Positions 41,873 to 49,895 of a DNA stretch of 64,000 nt are shown piece by piece (within the stretch, counting starts at the first letter, position 1; each line of letters begins with the position of its first letter). The notes under the pieces are model-generated. The model worked only from the letters and a program-made list of their open reading frames with translations. It was not told the DNA's origin and searched no databases. The position numbers and the translations under genes are program-made. The stretch spans positions 2,297,406-2,361,405 of the forward strand of contig CP070751.1 of assembly GCA_020348445.1 (NCBI GenBank), given 5' to 3'. This DNA is from Thermoplasmata archaeon. Lineage in GTDB: Archaea; Thermoplasmatota; Thermoplasmata; GCA-020350865.

Positions 41873-42832
41873 ATGAGATCTAAAAAGACAAGTATATTGT
41901 TGGTAGCAGTGATGTTCGTCACTGTGTTTGCTGTGGGAATACCCGAAGAGAGAAACGTAACTGCTGAAGGAACAGAAACCATGATCTTCGAGGATGATTT
42001 TGAAAGTTATGCTGTCGGCACGTTTCCATCTTCAGGTGGATGGGAACTTATATACAACGGAAAAGGTACTCAGTACCAGAAAGTAGTGGACACTGAAAGT
42101 GTTTCTGGCTCTCAATCTCTACAGCTCTGGGGCCGTCCAAGGTGGGCTGCAACTGCCCAAAAGGAGTTAACGTTTGAAAGTGAGGTAATAGGCTTCGAGG
42201 TATATATCAAGACTGGAAGTCATTCAGGGACAATCGAAAACACTGGTGTAGCGGCCTTCTATAACGAGGAGGCAGCTCCTTGGGGCTTGGGATTTGGCCT
42301 TGTACTTTTCCGCGATAATGGCGAAATCCATGCGGTACAAGGCTTTGGACCCAACACGACTTTTCTACAAACTTATGAACCTGACGTTTGGTATAAAGTC
42401 AAGGTGATCCTTGATAAAACTGTTGAGACATACGATGTTTGGATAGATGATGTGCAAGTGGCTCAAGATGTAATCATTTGGGACACTCATCTGATAGAGG
42501 GCATAAGAATTGGAAGTGGTCATAGTGGAATGTACAGTTTCTTCGATGATGTAAAGGTGTTTGAAGTAATCACTGAAAGCCCCCAGGAGGCAATTGAGGA
42601 TGTCATGGATGACATCGAAGAGATGAATTTACCAAAAGGACTCGAATGCAGCCTATTATCTAAATTGGAAAATGCAATCAAATCCTTGGACAAGGGTAAT
42701 GATAATGCTGCCATGAACAAAATTGAAGCCTTTATCAATGAGGTAGAAGCTCAGAGGGGAAAGAAGCTCACTGATGCCCAGGCTGATGAGTTGATTGCAG
42801 CTGCAGAGGAAATCTTGGCAATGATAAATTAG
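41873..42832 (+). CDS. Secreted protein: beta-sandwich (lectin-like) domain plus C-terminal FIMAH-like helical domain
   Basis: Same signal peptide start (MRSKKTSI) and C-terminal domain as 29764-31434, different middle ('FEDDFESY..G.FP...W', 'W..VKV.LD...YDVWID'). Confidence 0.85.
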   Translation: MRSKKTSILLVAVMFVTVFAVGIPEERNVTAEGTETMIFEDDFESYAVGTFPSSGGWELIYNGKGTQYQKVVDTESVSGSQSLQLWGRPRWAATAQKELTFESEVIGFEVYIKTGSHSGTIENTGVAAFYNEEAAPWGLGFGLVLFRDNGEIHAVQGFGPNTTFLQTYEPDVWYKVKVILDKTVETYDVWIDDVQVAQDVIIWDTHLIEGIRIGSGHSGMYSFFDDVKVFEVITESPQEAIEDVMDDIEEMNLPKGLECSLLSKLENAIKSLDKGNDNAAMNKIEAFINEVEAQRGKKLTDAQADELIAAAEEILAMIN

Positions 42833-42867
42833 AGCTAACCCTAGGTAATAACAAGTCACTCAAATGT

Positions 42868-42940
42868 GGGCGCACAAATTCGGGCGTGTCGGTGGATGGA
42901 GATGCCAGGGGGAACTGCGGGATGAGTTACTAGAGTGGAT
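42868..42940 (+). repeat. Intergenic repeat A copy (TTC loop type)
   Basis: GGGCGCACAAATTCGGGCGTGTCGGTGGATGGAGATGCCAGGGGGAAC. Confidence 0.9.
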
Positions 42941-42972
42941 GATGTGTAGTTGAAGGGAAATAGCTTTGGTTC

Positions 42973-43476
42973 CTACATTGGAACATAATCCACCAGAACC
43001 ACAGCCTCTCCCTCTACAACCGTCTCCCCATTTTGATTGATGCAGTTGGTTTTAAGGGTTACTATGGGTTTATTCTCCTTTATCTTCAGGACCTCTGCAA
43101 TGGCCGTAATTGTGTCTCCGATATATACGGGCTTTTTAAATGTAAGTGACTGGCTCAAATATATTGTCCCAGGACCTGGAAGTATAGTACCCAGCACACA
43201 GGAGATATAACCCGTGACGAGCATCCCGTGTGCAATACGCTTTTTAAACCGGCCTTTGGACGCATATACTTCATCAAAGTGGTAGGGGTTTGTATCGCCA
43301 GTGGCACCTGCAAAAAGCGCTATATCCGCATCTGTGACAGTACGTCTATAAGTGCAGGTGTCCCCGATTTCCAGGACATTCCAAGTTTGGGGATTGTCAA
43401 GATCTGATCTGTGTTTATCTGGGATTCGGATGGCCGGTTTACCGTCTATTATCTCCACCTCTGTCATACTCATCAC
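42973..43476 (-). CDS. MaoC-like (R)-specific enoyl-CoA hydratase
   Basis: 'FAGATGDTNPYHFD', 'RIAHGML', 'LPGPG.IYLSQSL.F..PV.IGDT', 'VVEGEA'; start may be ATG 43473 or 43467. Confidence 0.9.
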   Translation of the reverse strand: MMSMTEVEIIDGKPAIRIPDKHRSDLDNPQTWNVLEIGDTCTYRRTVTDADIALFAGATGDTNPYHFDEVYASKGRFKKRIAHGMLVTGYISCVLGTILPGPGTIYLSQSLTFKKPVYIGDTITAIAEVLKIKENKPIVTLKTNCINQNGETVVEGEAVVLVDYVPM

Positions 43477-43589
43477 CTATTATTACTCCCCTAATCCCGT
43501 ATAGGGATTTAAGGTTTTATTTTTGATTCGTCGATTTATTTGCTTGAGGTATTGATTTTGAGGGAGGGATATTGATTTTATCGTGGATC

Positions 43590-43660
43590 GGGGGCGCGCA
43601 AATTCGGGCGTGTCAGTGGATTGGGATGTTAGGGGAAACGGTGGAGGTTGGGATTGGAGT
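43590..43660 (+). repeat. Intergenic repeat A copy (TTC loop type)
   Basis: GGGGGCGCGCAAATTCGGGCGTGTCAGTGGATTGGGATGTTAGGGGAAACGGTGGAGGTTGG. Confidence 0.92.
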
Positions 43661-43737
43661 GAGGTGTGGAGGAGAATGGGGTTTGGCTTTTAATAAGCTC
43701 TAAAAAGAGTTTTGAGGAATATAAAATGATGGAAACA

Positions 43738-43759
43738 AATATATATGTGAAACCACATA
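43738..43759 (+). promoter_or_regulatory. TATA box plus inverted-repeat operator of the RHH/PIN pair
   Basis: AAATATATAT overlapping TATGTG-aaac-CACATA (43744-59), ~20 nt upstream of ATG 43779. Confidence 0.55.
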
Positions 43760-43778
43760 CTTATTTGTAGGTGATAAA

Positions 43779-44000
43779 ATGGGAAACATTACATTATCAC
43801 TCCCAGAGGACGTTCATGAAATAGTGAGGGCCCATAAAGAGATAAGATGGTCCGAGATTGCAAGAAGGGCTATTTCGGAGTATGCAAAGAAATTGGAATT
43901 GTTGGATACAATTGCATCGAAGAGTAAACTGACTGAAAAAGATGTTAAAGAGATCGATAAAGTTCTTAAACGTGCTATAGCAAAGCGGCATGGGATCTAA
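43779..44000 (+). CDS. vapB: Ribbon-helix-helix antitoxin (VapB-like)
   Basis: 'NITLSLPEDV....AHKEIRWSEIARRAI' RHH pattern directly upstream of a PIN gene. Confidence 0.8.
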   Translation: MGNITLSLPEDVHEIVRAHKEIRWSEIARRAISEYAKKLELLDTIASKSKLTEKDVKEIDKVLKRAIAKRHGI

Positions 44001-44002
44001 TC

Positions 44003-44404
44003 ATGCTTCTTGTCGTTGACACTAATATTATTATTTCGGGTCTGATTAAGGGTTCTGTTACAAGAGAAATCCTTCTTAGTGCAGATATTTCATTTGTTGT
44101 TCCCGAATGGGTTCATACAGAGATTAAGAAACATAAAAAGTTGATTACAAAGAAAGCAGGAATAGATCAAGATGAATTGAATAATTTCATTGAAGAGTTA
44201 TTTCAAATTGTTCAAACGATTCCATTCGATAAATACAAATCCTATATTAAAAAAGGATTAAATGTAATGAATGATATCGACAAGGATGATGCACCGTTTG
44301 CAGCAATTGCATTGGCACTTGATGCAGATGGTATATGGACCAATGACAAGGATTTTGAAAAGCAGGATGTTATCAAGGTTTGGAAAACCCAAAGATCTAA
44401 TTGA
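44003..44404 (+). CDS. vapC: PIN-domain toxin (VapC-like), possibly frameshifted at the extreme C-terminus
   Basis: 'LVVDTNIIIS', 'D.DDAPFAA.ALAL..DGIWTNDKDF'. Confidence 0.88.
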   Translation: MLLVVDTNIIISGLIKGSVTREILLSADISFVVPEWVHTEIKKHKKLITKKAGIDQDELNNFIEELFQIVQTIPFDKYKSYIKKGLNVMNDIDKDDAPFAAIALALDADGIWTNDKDFEKQDVIKVWKTQRSN

Positions 44405-44453
44405 GAAATTCACAAAATAGAGTTCCATTTTTTAGTTTCAGGGCTGGTTTTCA

Positions 44454-44580
44454 GGGCGTGCAAATTCGGGCGTGTCGGTGGAGGAATGGACAGCCAGGGG
44501 AAACGGTGGAGGTTGGTTACGAGAGTGGTTGGATTTTTAGATAATTGACCATCCTCATTTCAAACCCGGAAAAAGAGGGG
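44454..44580 (+). repeat. Intergenic repeat A copy (TTC loop type) with extension module C
   Basis: GGGCGTGCAAATTCGGGCGTGTCGGTGGAGGAATGGACAGCCAGGGGAAACGGTGGAGGTTGGTTACGAG; TGACCATCCTCATTTCAAACCC recurs as TGACCATCTTCATTTCAAATCC at ~61369. Confidence 0.92.
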
Positions 44581-44673
44581 TTCAGAATGGTGGATGGGGA
44601 GATAAATTTGGTAAGTTATAGATAAAACTATACCTTGAGAATATCGGTAAAAAGTTTATTAACTATGATATTC

Positions 44674-44689
44674 ATCTAGATATCTAGAT
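44674..44689. promoter_or_regulatory. Perfect 16-bp palindrome, likely autoregulatory operator
   Basis: ATCTAGATATCTAGAT between TATA-like TTTATTAA and ATG 44694. Confidence 0.6.
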
Positions 44690-44693
44690 TGAT

Positions 44694-44984
44694 ATGGTAA
44701 AAGATATTCCAGAAGAAATAGACTTTGGAGTAAAATGGAATGGTAAATATCTGTGACCATCAAAACACGCCATCTATGAGATGATAAACCTGGGTTATGA
44801 TTTATATGATGTGCTATCGATATTAGAAAATGGGTATGATTGTCGCAAAGGAAAACGAGCAAAAGGAACATTTGAAAAATGTATTAAAAAAGGGCGGAAG
44901 ATCATAAAAGTCGTTGTGGTAAGAGTTCATGCTTACGATATCAATGATGAGATTTGGTTGATAAAACATGTCGGAGGTGTATAA
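44694..44984 (+). pseudogene. DUF4258/RelE-like toxin gene with in-frame TGA at codon 21
   Basis: ATG 44694 MVKDIPEEIDFGVKWNGKYL*PSKHAIYEMINLG... is in frame with track ORF 44781-44984; 'SKHA..EM' and 'K.IKVVV.......WLI.HVG' fit DUF4258-like toxins. Confidence 0.65.
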
Positions 44985-44985
44985 A

Positions 44986-45306
44986 ATGCCCAAGAAGAAA
45001 GGCATGGAATGTGTCTGTGGTGAAATAGCAAAGGAGTCACACACAAATATCGAAGGATATAAGGTGAGATCCTGGAAATGTAAGAAATGCGGGGAAGAAT
45101 ACATCGATAGCAGTGATGCTGAGTTCGTTCTACTGGCAAGCAAGACCCGAAAAAACCCCATAAAGGCTAGAGTGGGTGTATTAGGAGAAAGTTATATAAT
45201 CCGTATACCCAAGGAAATAGCCGAAATAATGCATATCGCCAAGGGCAAAGTGGCAAAGATCACCTTAGCGGGTCCCAATGATATTCTGATAACTGTCGAA
45301 AGTTAA
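44986..45306 (+). CDS. Antitoxin-like protein: N-terminal zinc finger plus AbrB/MazE-like C-terminal domain
   Basis: SD GGAGGTG then ATG 44986; 'CVCG...WKCKKCGEEY' and 'GESYIIRIPKEIAE.M.I.KG'. Confidence 0.8.
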   Translation: MPKKKGMECVCGEIAKESHTNIEGYKVRSWKCKKCGEEYIDSSDAEFVLLASKTRKNPIKARVGVLGESYIIRIPKEIAEIMHIAKGKVAKITLAGPNDILITVES

Positions 45307-45359
45307 ATGGATTTCTTGGTGAAGAGCCTTATAACCAAATTCCCATCTCTTAGTCCACT

Positions 45360-45436
45360 GGGCGCGCAAAAAAGGGGCGTGTCTGTGGATTGTGAGATTA
45401 GGGGAAACTGGGGAGGTTGGTTACGGGTGAGGTTGA
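45360..45436 (+). repeat. Intergenic repeat A copy (AAG loop type) with upstream inverted arm
   Basis: GGGCGCGCAAAAAAGGGGCGTGTCTGTGGATTGTGAGATTAGGGGAAACTGGGGAGGTTGGTTACGG; 45332-45358 is complementary to the right arm. Confidence 0.92.
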
Positions 45437-45511
45437 CTTGTGGGTGAGCATATTAAGTGGTAAAAAAGGAATAAGAAGTTAGATTTTTAATTCATTTAAT
45501 GATTTTTTCTC

Positions 45512-45856
45512 TCAGGCACTAGCCTTCTCCACAATTACTCGTTGTCCATCCACCCAAATCTCTACTTCGTCTTTATTTGATAAATTCAATGCATTCGCAA
45601 TATCCTTAGGAATCCTGAGGATCAAACTTTTTCCATCAGAACTTAAAGTCCTGTGCAATGACAGGGATTTCGAAGAGCCGTGTAACCTTTCCAATATGTT
45701 ATAGAAATGTTCAGCCTGCTCTGTACTCATTGTAATATGTCCACAATTTGAGCATTTTAAAGCTGGAACATCGTGAACGGTGATCTTCTCTTCATCAATA
45801 TTGTAATCGATCTTAGTTTTCTTCATATTCTTTCCACATTTTGGGCATTTTGTCAT
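45512..45856 (-). CDS. YgiT/MqsA-type zinc finger plus AbrB-like antitoxin
   Basis: 'CPKCG...VHDVPALKCSNCG' and 'GKSLILRIPKDIA..L.L...DEVEI'. Confidence 0.85.
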   Translation of the reverse strand: MTKCPKCGKNMKKTKIDYNIDEEKITVHDVPALKCSNCGHITMSTEQAEHFYNILERLHGSSKSLSLHRTLSSDGKSLILRIPKDIANALNLSNKDEVEIWVDGQRVIVEKASA

Positions 45857-45860
45857 TGAT

Positions 45861-46136
45861 TCACCTCATTTTTCTTCTATATTTTCTTTTCTCGGAAGTG
45901 TTGCTGAATCTTGCAGAGGCGACCTCCCCGATTCCAGCTCTGCGATCAAAGAATACTGTGATGTATCCTCTCAGGGATTTGCCTATAGCCATATATCTAT
46001 CTTTTTTTACCTTTTCAAAGTATGTTTTGTTATGTTTCTGTTTTAGTACGCTTTCAACCTCCGAGGGACGTATTCCATGTTTGAAAAGTATTTTTTCAAC
46101 CACATCAGGAGTGACAAGTACGGTGTTTATCTTCAT
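45861..46136 (-). CDS. BrnT/DUF4258-like toxin
   Basis: 'EKI..KHGI...EVE.V', 'Y.AIG....YITVFF......SAR.....EKRKY'; upstream of the antitoxin; ATG 46136. Confidence 0.8.
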   Translation of the reverse strand: MKINTVLVTPDVVEKILFKHGIRPSEVESVLKQKHNKTYFEKVKKDRYMAIGKSLRGYITVFFDRRAGIGEVASARFSNTSEKRKYRRKMR

Positions 46137-46160
46137 TTTTTGCCTCTGCAAATAGTAGTA

Positions 46161-46215
46161 TATTCGTACGATTATTTGAACTTTACGGTAAAAACCTCAG
46201 AAAAGCGTACGAATA
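46161..46215. promoter_or_regulatory. 10-bp perfect inverted repeat spanning the TA promoter region
   Basis: TATTCGTACG (46161-70) and CGTACGAATA (46206-15). Confidence 0.55.
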
Positions 46216-46297
46216 ATTACTAAGGATATCTATATCAAATCTGTAAAATCAATAGCTTACACCCCGTCTAATTTATGATATATAATTTAGATCGTTG

Positions 46298-46390
46298 GGG
46301 TACGCAAAAAAGGGGCGTGTCGGTGGATTAGGAGGCCAGGGGAAACTGGGGAGGTTGGTTACGAGGGGGGTTGGATTTTTGGATGGTTGA
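46298..46390 (+). repeat. Intergenic repeat A copy (AAG loop type)
   Basis: GGGTACGCAAAAAAGGGGCGTGTCGGTGGATTAGGAGGCCAGGGGAAACTGGGGAGGTTGGTTACGAG. Confidence 0.92.
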
Positions 46391-46398
46391 TTTGGCAA

Positions 46399-46630
46399 TA
46401 ACGCTCGTATTTGGTATACCATTTGTGCGCGTTAACGCTCCCGATTGGTATACAATGTAACGCTCACAGTTGGTAAAGGATTTTGGGGTCAACGCTCATA
46501 TTTGGTATACCATCTGCGGGAGTTAGCGCTCATATTTCGTATAGAGCCAGTGGGTTGAGCTGATGATATTTTTTAAGGCTTTATACGATGCGTGAGCGGT
46601 GGGGGCGGTTTTTGCGGGGCAGAAGGGGTG
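46399..46630 (+). repeat. Repeat B: five-unit tandem array of (T/C)A(A/G)CGCTC(A/G)TATTT(G/C)GTATA plus module D
   Basis: Units start at 46399, 46433, 46458, 46490, 46524 (spacing 34, 25, 32, 34). Confidence 0.88.
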
Positions 46631-46708
46631 GGACCTTTGTGAATGTGAAAGGGATTTAACGAATAATTTATTATACATTCAATCGATATGAAAATGGAGG
46701 TGACCGGA

Positions 46709-46864
46709 TTGTTATTGCATTCTACTCAAGTCGAGGAGAAATTAAATAGGTTGCATGTTTGGATGGAAGAAGAGATAAGATCTGTTCATAATCGGATTGA
46801 GACCTTAGAAAATCGGGTCAGAACATTGGAGGGAGAAGTAAGAACCTTAAAGATGAAAAAGTAA
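46709..46864 (+). CDS. Small coiled-coil protein (51 aa, below track cutoff)
   Basis: SD GGAGGTGA then TTG; heptads 'IRSVHNRIETLENRVRTLEGEVRTLKMKK*'; in-frame ATG also at 46688. Confidence 0.5.
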   Translation: MLLHSTQVEEKLNRLHVWMEEEIRSVHNRIETLENRVRTLEGEVRTLKMKK

Positions 46865-47146
46865 TTGTTACCGGGATTAGAGGGGCAGAGCCATTTGTGA
46901 AATAAGATGTGAAGAAACACTAAATTCATAAATTTTACGGGATTAAAAGGATGGAATCTTTTGTAAGGTGGGAAATGAAAAACTCTAAGTTCTGATAGGA
47001 GAATATGGAGGTATGTTCTTTAAGTTAATTCCTAATAGATAAAATTTATTTTTATATAGAGACTTGAATGTCGGCCTATCTAAGTCCCAAAAACCTTAAA
47101 ATGGTTTAAATATGTACTTCTTAATGGAGGTTAACGGAGGTCTGAC

Positions 47147-47413
47147 ATGCCAATTGAAATAGATGAATTTAATAAAGGAAAACATGACCAGGAGGTACAA
47201 AAAGAAATACTGGACTTTCTAAGGGCGAATAGAACAAACGCCTTTACAGTAGAAGAAATTTTGGAAGGAATTGGACACCTAAAGAGTACTGATGATCTAC
47301 CTTTGATGCTTATGCAGTCTATAAGCTACTCCATAATTTTAGGACAATTAGTTAAAGATAGAAGAATAAAATCTAAAATAATCGATTATAAGAATTATTA
47401 TATGATTCAATAA
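47147..47413 (+). CDS. Small putative winged-helix protein
   Basis: SD GGAGGT; 'ILDFL..N...AFT.EEI', 'L.QLVKD..I.SK......YY'. Confidence 0.7.
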   Translation: MPIEIDEFNKGKHDQEVQKEILDFLRANRTNAFTVEEILEGIGHLKSTDDLPLMLMQSISYSIILGQLVKDRRIKSKIIDYKNYYMIQ

Positions 47414-47497
47414 ACATTGCCGAGATAATACAAATCAAATTTTCGAACATCGTGAAACGTATGTTTTTTTACATATCAATTTCTGGTTAGGACCAAC

Positions 47498-48364
47498 TCA
47501 TAACTTGCCCTTTTTCTTCTTTCCCATGTCCCTTACAACTGGATTTTTCTTGTTAACGTTGAACACGGTAAAGTCTGCTCCATGGCGGTCAGATTCGGTC
47601 TTGAGCCTTATCAGGTCTCTATCCACCAGCTGGCTGAATATGTCCTTTCTCTCAAGGTGACTCTTCTCTGGTAGGGCCTTGGCTAGCTTGTCAACCAGAA
47701 AGCCACTGAGTCTCACGCTGCCGAATTTTGGTCCATACTCCTTTTCAGCCTTAATAGCCGCTCTCAAAGCCTTCTTGGAGTTCTCATCAAGCTCGGGTCC
47801 AGTAGTTTTGTTCCTGGGCTTCTTTGGCCTTGCCTTCTTTTTTTTCTCCTCGTCACTTACGATCTCGTTGGTGTCTGGGTTAATGAACCAGTAGTTGTTC
47901 TTACCTACCAGCATCTTGATGTCGCCCGACAGGCATCGCTTGAAGGAGCAGAACACGATCCTCTTGCCCTTCTCATGCACCCGTTGTGCCACGGGCAGGT
48001 AGTCCCTATCCCCTGCTAGAACGATGAGTACATCGATATCGGGCCTGGTGAGCATGATCTCCTGGAGGCGTAGAGAGAGCTCGATATCCGCGCTGTTTTT
48101 ACCCACAGTAGATTTTATATGCGCCACCCTAACTCCCATAGTATACAGCTCATTGGGCACGTCCGGATACATGGACCAGTCCGCAATGGCCTCCCTGATT
48201 ATAGGCGTCAGCCCGAGCTCGTTCTCCACATGTAATAGTGCTTTGCCTATGATAAGGATGGTCTTTCCCTGAGCTTTGGATCTTAGGTAACCATAATCGT
48301 TGACCAGTGAGACGTAGATGTTATCGAAATCTATAAGCAATGCTGCTAATCCGTGTTCCATCAT
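47498..48364 (-). CDS. NYN domain (LabA/DUF88, PIN-like) protein with C-terminal helical domain
   Basis: 'LLIDFDNI', 'GKNSADIEL', 'LAGDRDYLP....HEKGKR'. Confidence 0.88.
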   Translation of the reverse strand: MMEHGLAALLIDFDNIYVSLVNDYGYLRSKAQGKTILIIGKALLHVENELGLTPIIREAIADWSMYPDVPNELYTMGVRVAHIKSTVGKNSADIELSLRLQEIMLTRPDIDVLIVLAGDRDYLPVAQRVHEKGKRIVFCSFKRCLSGDIKMLVGKNNYWFINPDTNEIVSDEEKKKKARPKKPRNKTTGPELDENSKKALRAAIKAEKEYGPKFGSVRLSGFLVDKLAKALPEKSHLERKDIFSQLVDRDLIRLKTESDRHGADFTVFNVNKKNPVVRDMGKKKKGKL

Positions 48365-48504
48365 TCTATCACTCTTCAAACTGGAGAATAAGTGATGGGT
48401 TACTTAAGGTTTAAGTCCGGGGTATTGCAGGGAAAAGATGGTTTAATATATTGAAGTAATAAAAAAAAATAGAGAAAAAAAACGAGGTTTAAAACCAACT
48501 CAGA

Positions 48505-48696
48505 TTATTGTTTCATTACGTTGGTTGCTTGTGGGCCCTTTGGGCTTTGCTCGATATCGAATTTTACTAAATCACCCTCGTTCAGGATTGTTCCTTCAGA
48601 AAGGGAATTTCGATGGACGAACACATCCCTGCCTTCTTCGATTTCTATAAAACCAAAAGACTTACGTTCGTTATACCATTTTACAGTTCCTTCCAT
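48505..48696 (-). CDS. cspA: Cold-shock domain protein (copy 2)
   Basis: MEGTVKWYN..KSFGFI...DVFVH...GPQATNV; SD GGAGGTGA. Confidence 0.95.
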   Translation of the reverse strand: MEGTVKWYNERKSFGFIEIEEGRDVFVHRNSLSEGTILNEGDLVKFDIEQSPKGPQATNVMKQ

Positions 48697-48937
48697 TTGA
48701 TTTCACCTCCTCAGATATCATGTTTCTGATTCTTAAATAAAGAGTAGTAAATTAAAAAGTCATGCAACAAAATTTGGAGGTCTCCAAAAAGTGTTAATCT
48801 TTCTAATCTTTATCTTTATTACACTACTGCTATACGATACTACTATAACTACTTTGCTGTGTTACTTTACCTTCTCAAGTGGTATTGTGGAATATTCCAA
48901 GGTTTCGCGTCCAAACTTCTGCATATCGATCGATTAT

Positions 48938-49012
48938 AGGGGCGCGCAAAAAGGGGCGTGTCGGTGGAGGAATGGGCAGTCAGGGGAAACGGTGGAGGTG
49001 GAAGTTGGGACG
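48938..49012 (+). repeat. Intergenic repeat A copy (AAG loop type)
   Basis: GGGGCGCGCAAAAAGGGGCGTGTCGGTGGAGGAATGGGCAGTCAGGGGAAACGGTGGAGG. Confidence 0.92.
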
Positions 49013-49081
49013 AAGGGATAGAGAAAAATATACGGTCTTTCCATCAAAAGGTTTTTATTTAAGTATTTAAGTGATGGTTAC

Positions 49082-49654
49082 ATGGAAAAAACCAGTAAGA
49101 ATTGTGAAATATTTAAAAACTTCTATTATCATCTCTTTGAAAGAATTAATTTTGAATTTACAGAAGAAACTGGAGAGAAAATCAAACCTTACAAGGATTA
49201 TGAACCTAATTTGTTACTAATCTTCTGTGATCAATATCAAGATGAAGAAGTTATTCTTGATCAATTGACAAAATTATTAAGCGGATTGATAATTTTACAA
49301 GCACTGCCTAATGCAAATCATAGGACTGCTTTTCGTTTTGTAGATCTTTATTTTGGATTTGTCTGTGAAGGAAAAATGAAAACTTATAAAGAAGCAAAGA
49401 ATCTTTATGATGAATTTTATGATAAATCCAAGCCCAATATAGATTTTGAAATAAATCATGGTGCCTTATTTGATAAAAAATACATGGATGCACATCATAA
49501 AATGGGGATTAATAATCACCAAAAATATTCCAAAGAATTATTAGAAAAAATCATTGAGACTCAATCTGGCATGATAGAAGCAGTCCCTTTCCATCGTTTC
49601 ATTACATCTTTATACCAGGAAGGTTCTTCCTCGAACCAAACAGGCTCTCCTTGA
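49082..49654 (+). CDS. Fic/Doc-family protein with degenerate active-site motif
   Basis: 'LQALPNANHRTA' aligns with HxFx(D/N)(G/A)N(G/K)R; TATA-like TTTATTTAAG ~20-25 nt upstream. Confidence 0.75.
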   Translation: MEKTSKNCEIFKNFYYHLFERINFEFTEETGEKIKPYKDYEPNLLLIFCDQYQDEEVILDQLTKLLSGLIILQALPNANHRTAFRFVDLYFGFVCEGKMKTYKEAKNLYDEFYDKSKPNIDFEINHGALFDKKYMDAHHKMGINNHQKYSKELLEKIIETQSGMIEAVPFHRFITSLYQEGSSSNQTGSP

Positions 49655-49659
49655 GTCAT
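49561..49659 (-). CDS. Putative 32-aa protein antisense to the 3' end of the Fic/Doc gene
   Basis: MTQGEPVWFEEEPSWYKDVMKRWKGTASIMPD*; TTTAAATA (reverse complement of 49684-91) about 25-30 nt upstream. Confidence 0.4.
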   Translation of the reverse strand: MTQGEPVWFEEEPSWYKDVMKRWKGTASIMPD

Positions 49660-49725
49660 CACATATTGTTATTTAGGAGGTGCTATTTAAATATTACTTG
49701 ATATTTTAAGAAATTGGTATTTATA

Positions 49726-49810
49726 GAGCGCGCAAAAAGGGGCGTGTCGGTGGATTGGGAGGCCAGGGGAAACGGTGGAGGTTAGTTATGAGAAAGGTTG
49801 GATTTTTGGA
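49726..49810 (+). repeat. Intergenic repeat A copy (AAG loop type)
   Basis: GAGCGCGCAAAAAGGGGCGTGTCGGTGGATTGGGAGGCCAGGGGAAACGGTGGAGGTTAGTTATGAG. Confidence 0.92.
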
Positions 49811-49895
49811 TTTGGAGGGTATATCTGCTTGATTTCAAATGGAAAGGAAGAACTTCTGAGATAAAAAGTGGAATATATTTTTGTATAATAGATCA

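Noticed and set aside
44754-44756. Selenocysteine readthrough of the in-frame TGA
   Set aside because: The position is not an obvious catalytic Cys site in a redox protein and no SECIS was recognised; a nonsense mutation is simpler.
46399-46545. Repeat B arrays (also 61174-61320) as CRISPR mini-arrays
   Set aside because: Linkers are only ~5-14 nt and are conserved between the two arrays; no cas genes seen.
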